Position numbers and translations under genes: made by a program. This document shows, one piece after another, positions 10,219 to 18,790 of a DNA stretch of 64,000 nt. Position 1 is the stretch's first letter, and each line of letters begins with the position of its first letter. Origin of the DNA: Candidatus Omnitrophota bacterium (GTDB lineage Bacteria > Omnitrophota > Gorgyraeia > Duberdicusellales > 4484-171); NCBI GenBank assembly GCA_041652815.1, contig JBAZGN010000005.1:99651-163650 (forward strand). Reading direction: 5' to 3'. The notes under the pieces were generated by a model. That model was not told the DNA's origin and searched no databases. It worked only from the letters and a program-made list of their open reading frames with translations.

Positions 10219-10307
10219 GGAGAGGTGCCGGAGCGGTTTAACGGGTACGCCTGGAGAGCGTAAGTCTGTCGAAAGACGGACCGAGAGTTCAAATCTCTCC
10301 CTCTCCG
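10219..10307 (+). tRNA. tRNA-Ser (anticodon GGA), long variable arm.
   Basis: Acceptor GGAGAGG/CCTCTCC, anticodon loop CTGGAGA, long variable arm, T-loop TTCAAAT. Confidence 0.8.
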
Positions 10308-10580
10308 TTGTCCTACCTATCGCGAGAAAACATCCAACCAGAAATGGGGATGTTTTCTCGCAACATATAGGAAAAGGACAACGGATTCCGGCGAAGCACC
10401 GCCTGAGCCGGAATATCGTTAATAATATTTCGTAAGCGTAAACCATCAAACCGAAGGGGATGGTTTTCCACAACATCTAGGAAAAGGACAACGGATTCCG
10501 GCGAGCCGACCGAGGACGTAATGTCCGAGGGAGTGCCAAGGCCTCCGGATGAGGCTCCGTCCGAGCCAGAATATAACCCT
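10308..10580 (+). repeat. tRNA-Ser-linked structured element, copy 1, with a degenerate internal tandem duplication.
   Basis: 57 nt identical to 14626-14682, including a 15-bp perfect hairpin CGCGAGAAAACATCC..GGATGTTTTCTCGCA. AGGACAACGG pairs back onto the tRNA 3' trailer CCGTTGTCCT. A second conserved ~100 nt domain (GGATTCCGGCGAG...GCCGGAAT) follows. Confidence 0.6.
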
Positions 10581-10882
10581 ATTGTTAACGCTCAAGCGAA
10601 CCCTGTGATTAGCCTTTCTATGGTTCGTTGGCATCTACGACCACCCACCAGTTGTTGTTCAGTATTTGTAAGATTATCGAAAATTTCCTGTACTTTTATA
10701 ACCAGCACAATACCCTTCTCCGGGCACTATGCTTGTAAAACCATTGTAAATATGATAAAATTTCCAATAAATGAATTTAACTTTTCTTAACGTCTGAGAA
10801 TATAGTAAAAGTTCTACAGGGGCGGATTGGCTGGCGGATAATTCATAAACAGCATTAATCAAGATTTACAAGGAGGATTTAG

Positions 10883-12412
10883 GTGAAGAAAATTTTTTAC
10901 TGCATTGATAAAGCCTCAAAAAGGAAATTAAACCTTCCTTTTTCTTTAAAAAAAGTAAGAAAATTAAAAGATCTGCGTAACAAAGGCCTGTTGGTAGTTG
11001 TTTTTGACGAACATTTTGTGTATAAACATAAGCCATCGATATCCCAGCTTACCGATTGTGCCTGCATTATCCATTTTTGTAAAGAAGACAAAAATAATAT
11101 CGGAAAAGCCAAAATGTATGGTTTTCTGGATTATTTCAGCGATGAAAGTAGTAAGAAGGAAATTATTTTTAAGCTGGGGAAAGCACAAGTTTTTCTGGAG
11201 CAAAGGCAGCGGATTAGTAATTTAGAGAGAGAGCTTTTGAATAAAGATAAAAGAATAAAAGAAATAATTCTTATAGATCCTCTCACTAGCTGCTACAACT
11301 GGCGTTATTTCCTGCATCGGACGCGCCAGGAATTAAGCCGCGCAAGAAGGCATTTGCATAATATATCTTTTATTGCCGTTGATATCGATTATTTCCGGCA
11401 AATAAACGAACTGTATAGTACCGATATTGCTGATTGTATTATAAAAGAGTTGGTGTATCTATTAAAGAAAAGCTTACGAAATGAAGACGTGCTCACACGC
11501 TGGAGAGAAGACGAATTTTTTATTATACTTCCGTTTTTAGCGCGCGAAAACGCTTATCAGGTAGCAGATAGGTTGAAGGATAAAATTTCTCTGCATAAAT
11601 TTATATACAAAAAATTCAGTATAAATATAAAAGTGAGCCTTGGCGTGGTTTCTTTCCCGGGTGACAATGTGTATAATGCAAGAGACATAATAAATGCTTT
11701 GCATGGATGTTTAACCGTGGCAAAGAAAAAAGGCGGCAACAGGGTCGTTCTTTATGCGCCGCATCAACATGAACAGTTTGTAAAAGAAAAAAAAGGAGCA
11801 GGTTTTGATGTTTTCAAAACCAAGATAGAAAAGCTAAACGCCCTTCTCACTCGTGACCTTTTAGAGATGATTTATGGATTCGCGCGGGCAATTGAAGCAA
11901 AAGACTATTATACTGGAAGGCATGTGGAATATACTTCAATGATAGCAGAAAAAATCGCTCAAGAGCTAAATTTACCTCAATCAGAAATAGAGAATATTAA
12001 ACATGCAGCTGCGCTTCACGATTTGGGAAAGGTGGGGATAAACGAGAGTATTCTTTCAAAAAAAGGGCGGTTGAACGAAAAAGAAAAAGAGATAATAAAG
12101 GGGCACCCTTGGACAGCAGCAGAAATTTTAAGAGAAATTCATGCTCTACGCGGAGCTATACCGGCCATTCTTTATCATCATGAGCGATTTGACGGTAAAG
12201 GGTATCCTTTGGGGCTAAAAGGAGAAGAGATACCCCTGAGTGCCAGGATAGTATCGTTAGCTGATGTATATCAAGCGCTTATCTCTGACAGGCCCTACCG
12301 CAAGGCTTATAGTAAAAAGAAAGCAATAGATATCATTAAAAAAGAAACCGGCAACCATTTTGATCCGAAAATTACAAAAATATTTCTTAAGGTAATTAGG
12401 AAAATAAAGTAA
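10883..12412 (+). CDS. Signalling protein: unknown N-domain, degenerate GGDEF (REDEF) and HD-GYP phosphodiesterase.
   Basis: GGDEF-domain blocks with RWREDEF in place of GGDEF; HD-GYP signature HDLGK...HHERFDGKGYP. Confidence 0.75.
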   Translation: MKKIFYCIDKASKRKLNLPFSLKKVRKLKDLRNKGLLVVVFDEHFVYKHKPSISQLTDCACIIHFCKEDKNNIGKAKMYGFLDYFSDESSKKEIIFKLGKAQVFLEQRQRISNLERELLNKDKRIKEIILIDPLTSCYNWRYFLHRTRQELSRARRHLHNISFIAVDIDYFRQINELYSTDIADCIIKELVYLLKKSLRNEDVLTRWREDEFFIILPFLARENAYQVADRLKDKISLHKFIYKKFSINIKVSLGVVSFPGDNVYNARDIINALHGCLTVAKKKGGNRVVLYAPHQHEQFVKEKKGAGFDVFKTKIEKLNALLTRDLLEMIYGFARAIEAKDYYTGRHVEYTSMIAEKIAQELNLPQSEIENIKHAAALHDLGKVGINESILSKKGRLNEKEKEIIKGHPWTAAEILREIHALRGAIPAILYHHERFDGKGYPLGLKGEEIPLSARIVSLADVYQALISDRPYRKAYSKKKAIDIIKKETGNHFDPKITKIFLKVIRKIK

Positions 12413-12419
12413 TACAGTC

Positions 12420-12887
12420 ATGGTTATTCAGCAAAAGTTCTATATGGAGAAAGCTCTGCGCCAAGCGCAATGTGCCCTGGAAGAGGATGAAGTACCCGTT
12501 GGCGCAATTATAGTCTATAAAAATCAGATTATAGCAAAAGCCTATAATCAGGTTGAACGCCTGAAAGACCCTACGGCTCATGCCGAGATGATTGCTATTA
12601 CCCAGGCTACGAATTTTTTAGGCTCAAAATGGATTAATGATTGCACGCTTTATGTTACAGTTGAACCCTGCAGCATGTGTGCAGGCGCGCTTGTCCTTTC
12701 GCGAATTGCAAATGTAGTATTTGGCGCAGACGATCCCAAAACCGGAGCATTTGGCTCAAAAATTAATATCAATAACTTAGGATTAAATCATAGAATCAAG
12801 GTAAAAAAAGGACTGCTTAAAGAGGAGTGCGTTGCTTTCTTGAAAGAATTCTTTCGGAATAAAAGAAAGCCGGCAAAGTTTAATTAG
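12420..12887 (+). CDS. tadA: tRNA-specific adenosine deaminase.
   Basis: HAEMIAI and PCSMCAGAL zinc-binding CDA motifs. Confidence 0.8.
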   Translation: MVIQQKFYMEKALRQAQCALEEDEVPVGAIIVYKNQIIAKAYNQVERLKDPTAHAEMIAITQATNFLGSKWINDCTLYVTVEPCSMCAGALVLSRIANVVFGADDPKTGAFGSKININNLGLNHRIKVKKGLLKEECVAFLKEFFRNKRKPAKFN

Positions 12888-12890
12888 CCC

Positions 12891-14060
12891 ATGTTTGCCC
12901 TTAAAGACATAAAAGACAGTTTGGATAAGTTTGTAATTGACCCTTTAATGGTGATAGACCTGCAAAAAAATATTTGCGTGGTTAATGAGGCGTTACGTTA
13001 TTTAGTTGGCTATAAAGAGGGAGAGCTTGTAGGCAAGAAAGCTGACATTATTTTTAGCGATTGCGAAAAATCTATACTCAAAAAAAGCAATGTGGACAAA
13101 TTGATAGGTACAGGTACCATTCTTAATATTGAAACTTATTATCAGACTAAAGACGGAAGGGAAGTTCCCGTACTTTTTAGCAGTTCGGTAATACACGGAC
13201 AGGGTAATAATGATGCATGGATAGTGTGCACCGCAAGAGATATTAGCGAAAGAAAAAAAGTCGAAGAACAATTGCGCACAGCATATGAACAAATTAAAGA
13301 AGCTCAGGACCAGCTTGTTCAAGCTGAAAAATTAAATGCTATAGGGCTACTCGCCAGCGGTGTTGCCCATGAGGTAAAAAATCCTTTGGGAATAATTATC
13401 CAGGGCATAAATTATCTCCAGGCAAAATTTCCTGATAGCGAAATAGATGTGAATAGTACGTTTTGCATGATGATGGAAAGCGCAAGGAAGGCCAATGGCA
13501 TCGTAAATACGCTTCTTGATTTCGCAAAGACAAAGAATTTGGAATTGAAACTTGAGAATATAAACGCCATTCTCGAAAGTGCTTTGCAATTAGTAAAGAC
13601 ACAAATAAAGTTTGAAAATATAAATATAAATATTGACGCAAAGGCCGATCTTCCTCAGATTCTTGTTGATAAAAATAGGCTTGAGCAGGTATTTTTGAAT
13701 TTGATTATGAATGCCATACAAGCTATGCCAAAAGGAGGAAAGATTTTTATTCGTAGTTATGACAAAAATCTGTTTGAGCCAAAGCGTGGTGTTTCCGGAA
13801 GGGAAGATTACTTTAAATATGGAGAGAAAGTTTTGGTAATTGAAATAGAGGATACAGGTGAAGGAATATCGCCCGAAGTTTTTAAAAAATTATTCAGCCC
13901 TTTTTTTACCACGAAAGGTATGCATGGCGGTTCAGGCATAGGTTTGTATATAAGCCGCAACATTATTGATATGCATAAAGGGTTAATTGAAATTGAGAGT
14001 AAAAAGGGCAAAGGCACAAAAGCAACCATTCTTCTACGAATGCCGAAAGAAAAAGCATAG
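12891..14060 (+). CDS. PAS-domain sensor histidine kinase.
   Basis: H-box SGVAHEVKNPL, N-box LIMNAIQA, G-boxes EDTGEGI and GGSGIGL. Confidence 0.8.
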   Translation: MFALKDIKDSLDKFVIDPLMVIDLQKNICVVNEALRYLVGYKEGELVGKKADIIFSDCEKSILKKSNVDKLIGTGTILNIETYYQTKDGREVPVLFSSSVIHGQGNNDAWIVCTARDISERKKVEEQLRTAYEQIKEAQDQLVQAEKLNAIGLLASGVAHEVKNPLGIIIQGINYLQAKFPDSEIDVNSTFCMMMESARKANGIVNTLLDFAKTKNLELKLENINAILESALQLVKTQIKFENININIDAKADLPQILVDKNRLEQVFLNLIMNAIQAMPKGGKIFIRSYDKNLFEPKRGVSGREDYFKYGEKVLVIEIEDTGEGISPEVFKKLFSPFFTTKGMHGGSGIGLYISRNIIDMHKGLIEIESKKGKGTKATILLRMPKEKA

Positions 14061-14068
14061 GAGGGAAA

Positions 14069-14455
14069 ATGGGTACAAAAAGAGTATTAGTCATTGACGA
14101 TGAGGAAAATTTTTGTAAGCTCGTAAAAATGAATCTTGAACTTGACAGGCTTTTTGTTGTTGAAACGGCTGTTGAGGGGAAAAAAGGTGTAGAATTAGCT
14201 AAGAAATTTAAACCCCATATTATAATCCTCGATATAATGATGCCAAGAATGAGCGGATTTGAAGTTCTGGAAAAATTAAAAAAGAACATAGAAACAATTG
14301 CTATCCCTGTGATTATGCTTAGCGCGAAAGAAGATTTTGATTTTCAGCTAAAGGCTGCGCAATTATATGACGAAATGTACCTTACAAAGCCCGTAGATGC
14401 CCCGACTTTAAAAATAAAAATATTAGAAGTGTTAAAAAGAAGAGGGATCGAATAA
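14069..14455 (+). CDS. Stand-alone response-regulator receiver (CheY-like).
   Basis: VLVIDDE acidic pocket, phospho-Asp in ILDIMMP, T and K positions. Confidence 0.8.
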   Translation: MGTKRVLVIDDEENFCKLVKMNLELDRLFVVETAVEGKKGVELAKKFKPHIIILDIMMPRMSGFEVLEKLKKNIETIAIPVIMLSAKEDFDFQLKAAQLYDEMYLTKPVDAPTLKIKILEVLKRRGIE

Positions 14456-14537
14456 AATATCCGCATGTGGCGGTTTTACCCACCACCAAAAAAGATATTT
14501 AAGAGGACACGCCTCGGGCGGAAAAACCGTTTGTTTT

Positions 14538-14625
14538 GGAGAGGTGGCTGAGCGGTTGAAAGCGCCGGTCTTGAAAACCGGTGTGGGCCTTGTGTCCACC
14601 GTGAGTTCAAATCTCACCCTCTCCG
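14538..14625 (+). tRNA. tRNA-Ser (anticodon TGA), long variable arm.
   Basis: Acceptor GGAGAGG/CCTCTCC, anticodon loop CTTGAAA, T-loop TTCAAAT. Confidence 0.8.
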
Positions 14626-14832
14626 TTGTCCTACCTATCGCGAGAAAACATCCAACCAGAAATGGGGATGTTTTCTCGCAACCTGAGCTCATTAATAAAA
14701 ATATTCAGCGAGGCTTCGCGAAGCGAAGAGGAGGAAAAGGACAACGGATTCCGGCGAGGTAACCGAGGACGTAATGTCCGAGGGAGTGCCAAGGCCTCCG
14801 GACGAGGCTCCGCCCAAGCCGGAATGTAACCC
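14626..14832 (+). repeat. tRNA-Ser-linked structured element, copy 2.
   Basis: Same 57-nt hairpin module and ~100-nt second domain as 10308-10580. Confidence 0.6.
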
Positions 14833-14977
14833 CCGGCTTTATACGCTAAACAATTCAAGCAGTTTTTCTCCGGCACTAGGCATTCCTTTAATCCTTGACT
14901 TTGTCATTCAATTGTGCTATTTTAAATCTATTATTTTACCGGAATTTTTTCGGTTATTTTCTCAAGAGGAGGTAAAT

Positions 14978-15634
14978 ATGAGAAAAAAGTTGTTGTTGTT
15001 TATTCTATTGTTTTGTTTTATTTTTGTTAATGGTTGTGCGGTTATATTTCAGACCGGCAGGCGGTCGGATGCAGAACGTATAAAGACGCTTGAAAAAGAA
15101 CTTGAAGAATTAAGGCATACAAAAGGCCTTCTTGAGCAGACTTTAGAGAAGGAGATAAAAGATAAACAGGTCCGGTTGAGTATGGAGGAAAAAGGGCTTG
15201 TAATTACTTTTGTTTCAGAAGTTCTTTTTGATTCGGGTAAGGCCACCTTAAAGCCTGAAAGTTTTTCAAGCTTGGATAAGGTAGCTAAGATACTTGTAGA
15301 TAATGTCCCGGAAAATAATATAGGTATAGAAGGCTATACCGATAATGAGCCCATAAAGCACTCAAAATGGAAATCAAACTGGGAATTATCGGCTCATCGT
15401 GCATTAAGCGTGCTTGAATATCTGGAAAAAGAAGGTGTTAACTCAGAGAGGCTTTCTGCAAGTGGTTTTGGAGAGTATAAGCCGATCTCATCAAATGATA
15501 CTGCGCAAGGTAGGCAGTTGAATAGAAGAGTAGAAATTGTAATATTACCTAAAACCGTAAAAAAAATGGAAAAGCGAGTTTCGGAGGGTAGCGTCAGTGA
15601 GCCTTCTAGCGAAGGAGAGGAGGAATTGAAATGA
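14978..15634 (+). CDS. OmpA-family lipoprotein (Pal/MotB-like peptidoglycan-binding).
   Basis: Lipobox-like VNGC after a signal peptide; OmpA_C block GYTDNEP...NWELSAHRA...NRRVEI; GAGGAGG RBS. The upstream part of the 14774 ORF is read-through of the repeat. Confidence 0.75.
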   Translation: MRKKLLLFILLFCFIFVNGCAVIFQTGRRSDAERIKTLEKELEELRHTKGLLEQTLEKEIKDKQVRLSMEEKGLVITFVSEVLFDSGKATLKPESFSSLDKVAKILVDNVPENNIGIEGYTDNEPIKHSKWKSNWELSAHRALSVLEYLEKEGVNSERLSASGFGEYKPISSNDTAQGRQLNRRVEIVILPKTVKKMEKRVSEGSVSEPSSEGEEELK

Positions 15635-15969
15635 AAGATAAGCCTCTTATATTGAGTCTATTGGTAGGTTTGATAATGGTACTGGTTGTAGCAGGAGTTT
15701 CTTTGCTGGTTAAGATAAATTCTTTGTCGAGTTTCCGAGAGGAATTAGCTAAGAAAAACATGAATCTCGAAAAAACGATAGAAGATTTGAAAACAGAAAA
15801 TAGTGCAGTTAGCGAAAAGAATAAAGTTCTTACCGAAGACGTTAATAAGGCCAACGAAAAGGTTAATGAGCTAAAAACAGAACTTACTAAACTTGAGAAG
15901 CTTAAAGCCAAATTGGAAGACAATCTTGCAGATGAGCTTATTAAGCAGGATTCAGATGTAAAGAAGTAA
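15631..15969 (+). CDS. Membrane-anchored coiled-coil protein.
   Basis: N-terminal TM segment then heptad-rich K/E/L sequence; 4-nt overlap with the upstream gene. Confidence 0.4.
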   Translation: MKDKPLILSLLVGLIMVLVVAGVSLLVKINSLSSFREELAKKNMNLEKTIEDLKTENSAVSEKNKVLTEDVNKANEKVNELKTELTKLEKLKAKLEDNLADELIKQDSDVKK

Positions 15970-15998
15970 GGAGGCTAATAACTGTTTTTTATTCTTCA

Positions 15999-16030
15999 AG
16001 GGGGCAAAAAAAGCCCCCTTTGTTTTTAAT
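15999..16030 (+). terminator. Rho-independent terminator.
   Basis: AGGGGGC-AAAAAAA-GCCCCCT then TTGTTTTT. Confidence 0.7.
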
Positions 16031-16101
16031 ATGAACCCTGCCCTTCAAAAATAAGGGTTGGGCAAAAATAATAAATTGAAAATACAAGGAGGAAGAGCGG
16101 G

Positions 16102-16806
16102 GTGAATATACCGAAGCACATAGCAATTATAATGGATGGTAACGGCCGGTGGGCAAAGGCGCGAGGATTTTCCCGTATTGCCGGCCACAACGAGGGCGCT
16201 AAAAGAATAAAAGAAATAGTAAAAGCTGCTAAAGAAGCCGGGGTGAAGATTATAACTGTTTTTGCATTTTCTACCGAGAATTGGGATAGGCCTAAAAACG
16301 AAATATCTGCGCTTTTTTCTCATCTGAATGATTTTTTAAATAATTATAAAAATGAATTGGTGAAAGAAAATATAAAGCTTAAAATAATTGGAAAAAGAGA
16401 CAGGCTGGATAAAAATACCATCAAAAAAATAGAAGAAGTTGAGAATGCTACATCTAAAAATGATGCTTTCATTTTTAATATTGCAATAGATTACGGCGGC
16501 AGGTGGGATATAGTAGAAGCAGTGAGAAGGGTTTTAACAGATTTTCAAAATTCCAAAATAACTAAAGAGCAAATAACCGAAGAGTCTTTCGGGAGGTATC
16601 TCGAGCTAGGCAGCTTACCTGACCCTGAATTACTTATAAGGACTTCAGGGGAAGAGCGTATAAGCAACTTTTTACTTTGGAACTTTGCTTATACGGAATT
16701 TTATTTCCCGGATGTCTATTGGCCTGATTTTACAAAGGAAGAGTTGAATAAGGCAATTGAGCTTTATTCCACGCGAGAAAGGAGATTTGGCAAGGTCTAT
16801 GGGTAA
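16102..16806 (+). CDS. uppS: Undecaprenyl pyrophosphate synthase.
   Basis: HIAIIMDGNGRWA and FSTENW motifs; GTG start after a GGAGGAAG RBS. Confidence 0.9.
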   Translation: MNIPKHIAIIMDGNGRWAKARGFSRIAGHNEGAKRIKEIVKAAKEAGVKIITVFAFSTENWDRPKNEISALFSHLNDFLNNYKNELVKENIKLKIIGKRDRLDKNTIKKIEEVENATSKNDAFIFNIAIDYGGRWDIVEAVRRVLTDFQNSKITKEQITEESFGRYLELGSLPDPELLIRTSGEERISNFLLWNFAYTEFYFPDVYWPDFTKEELNKAIELYSTRERRFGKVYG

Positions 16807-17614
16807 AAGGTTATTGAGTTCGCTCTTTTTGGGTATAGTTGTAGTCTTAGCGTCTGTTTATTATCCTGTTTGTGGGTTTATGGTTACTCTTCTTATAGTC
16901 GTAGGATTGTATGAGTTTTTTTACATGGTTGAGAAAAAAGGCGTAAAGTTATTTAAAATTTTTGGGATAGTCATCGGCATTCTTATACCTATAACAACAT
17001 TTTTTCATTTTTCAATAAAAGAGGGTTGGCAGTTTCTGTTCGCTGTCCTTGGGCTTTTTGTCCTTTTCCTTCTTGAGCTTACGAAAAAAGAAAATCATCA
17101 GGCAATACTATCTCTCTCAACGACGGTGTTCGGTATTATCTATATTGCCTGGTGTTTTAGTTTTTTGATAAAAGTAAGACAGCTTCCTGAGGGAGCTTTG
17201 TTGGTTGCGTTTTTGGTGGTAGTTACAAAATCATCAGACATAGGAGCTTATTTATGGGGGAGGAAATACGGGAAAACGCCGCTTCTTGAAAGGATAAGCC
17301 CTAAAAAGTCGCTTGAAGGCGCGGTTGGTGGATTTTTTACCAGTCTGGTAGTAGGAATTATCTTTTCTTTTTTTGTAGAAAGTATAGGTTTTTGGGAGAA
17401 ATTTTTCTTAATTATCATAATCGCGATTATTTCTCAACTTGGAGACCTGTTTGAATCCCTGCTTAAGAGAGATTGCCAGGTTAAGGATTCCGGAAAAATT
17501 TTCCCCGGTATGGGGGGTGTTCTTGATGTGATAGACAGCATAATTTTTACCGCCCCGACTTTCTATCTTTATGTTACGATGATGAAAGAGAGCTTGTCTT
17601 TCCCGGCTTTATAA
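16799..17614 (+). CDS. cdsA: Phosphatidate cytidylyltransferase.
   Basis: CdsA C-terminal signature PKKSLEG..GG...KRD..VKDSG...PGMGGVLDVIDS. The ATG overlaps the uppS stop (ATGGGTAA). Confidence 0.85.
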   Translation: MGKRLLSSLFLGIVVVLASVYYPVCGFMVTLLIVVGLYEFFYMVEKKGVKLFKIFGIVIGILIPITTFFHFSIKEGWQFLFAVLGLFVLFLLELTKKENHQAILSLSTTVFGIIYIAWCFSFLIKVRQLPEGALLVAFLVVVTKSSDIGAYLWGRKYGKTPLLERISPKKSLEGAVGGFFTSLVVGIIFSFFVESIGFWEKFFLIIIIAIISQLGDLFESLLKRDCQVKDSGKIFPGMGGVLDVIDSIIFTAPTFYLYVTMMKESLSFPAL

Positions 17615-17653
17615 TTTAACCCAGAATTTATTATAGAAATTTTTAAAAATAGT

Positions 17654-18790
17654 ATGAAAACGATAAATATTTTTGGCTCAACCGGCTCTATAGGCAAAAA
17701 TGCCTTGGATGTTATAAGGAAAAATAAAAAAGATTTTAAGGTTCTTGGTTTATGTGCGCATACCAATATTGATGCGCTTTACGCTCAGATAAAAGAATTT
17801 TCTCCTTCCTATGTCTGTGTCGTTAATGAAGAAAGCGCCGAAAAGATTAAGAATCTTTCTAAAAAAATAAAATTATTTAAAGGCCAAATTGGCCTTTATG
17901 AGTTTGCTTCTATCAATTGTGATATCTCGCTTATGGCGATTTCAGGTATTTCTGCACTTCGACCGCTTATGATAAATATTGAGCATGCAAAAAAAATTGC
18001 GCTTGCCAATAAAGAGTCTATAGTAACTGCGGGAAATTTTGTTTTAAACAAAGCAAAACAGTTCAAAACGAAAATTCTGCCTGTTGATAGCGAGATAAAT
18101 GCGTTATATCAGCTTTTTACTCCGCAGAGTAATTTCAGCAAAGTATATTTAACTGCTTCAGGAGGAGCGCTTTTTGATTATAAACCGAAAGACTTAAACA
18201 AGGTTTGCGTAAAAACAGTATTGTCGCACCCAACCTGGCGTATGGGTAAGCGTATAACTATTGATAGCGCAACCTTAGTTAATAAGGGTTTTGAGGTAGT
18301 AGAATCTCATTATTTTTTCAATTTACCTTACGAAAATATTGATATAGTTATTCACAGAGAATCCAACGTGCATGCATTCGTAGAATTTAAGGATAAAACG
18401 CTTTTTGCCTGTATGTATCCGCCGGACATGCGGATACCAATTTCGTTTGCTTTAAGTTACCCTAAGCGTATAGACGCGTTGCAGACCCCCAACTTTAGAG
18501 GCAGGTTTTCTCTTTCGTTTGAGCCACTTCACGCAAAACAGTTTCCGCTTTTGGATATAATTCTTAAAGGTGCCAAGCGCGGCGGTAATTCGCTCGCTGT
18601 TTTAAATGGTTGCGATGAGGTGGCAATAGAATATTTTTTAAGCAATAAAATAAAATTTACGGATATCTATAGGGCAATGAATTATATATTCTCGCATTAC
18701 AAGCAGGCTAGGCTAAAAGCATTAGACGATGTTTTTTATTGGGATAATTGGGCAAAAGAAAAAACAAAGGAATACCTGAGGGCATTATGA
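17654..18790 (+). CDS. dxr: 1-deoxy-D-xylulose-5-phosphate reductoisomerase.
   Basis: IFGSTGSIGKNALDV NADPH-binding N-terminus; LANKES; conserved Dxr C-terminal blocks. Confidence 0.9.
   Translation: MKTINIFGSTGSIGKNALDVIRKNKKDFKVLGLCAHTNIDALYAQIKEFSPSYVCVVNEESAEKIKNLSKKIKLFKGQIGLYEFASINCDISLMAISGISALRPLMINIEHAKKIALANKESIVTAGNFVLNKAKQFKTKILPVDSEINALYQLFTPQSNFSKVYLTASGGALFDYKPKDLNKVCVKTVLSHPTWRMGKRITIDSATLVNKGFEVVESHYFFNLPYENIDIVIHRESNVHAFVEFKDKTLFACMYPPDMRIPISFALSYPKRIDALQTPNFRGRFSLSFEPLHAKQFPLLDIILKGAKRGGNSLAVLNGCDEVAIEYFLSNKIKFTDIYRAMNYIFSHYKQARLKALDDVFYWDNWAKEKTKEYLRAL

Noticed and set aside
10120-10476. Minus-strand ORFs of 118 aa (10120-10476) and 86 aa (14432-14692)
   Set aside because: They lie antisense across tRNA-Arg/tRNA-Ser genes and the repeat element; spurious.
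10308-10580. Hammerhead ribozyme in the tRNA-linked element (CGGAUGAGG...GAGCC-AGAAU)
   Set aside because: The core has G where the conserved U4 of CUGAUGA is required, and I could not form stems I-III with a UH cleavage site. Left as an unclassified structured element.
10521-10790. ORFs beginning MSEGVPRPPDEAP (10521-10790, and the 5' part of 14774-15634)
   Set aside because: The shared N-termini are translations of the duplicated tRNA-Ser-linked element (ATGTCCGAGGGAGTGCCAAGGCCTCC...). There is no RBS, and in copy 2 the real gene (OmpA-like) has its own RBS and ATG at 14978.
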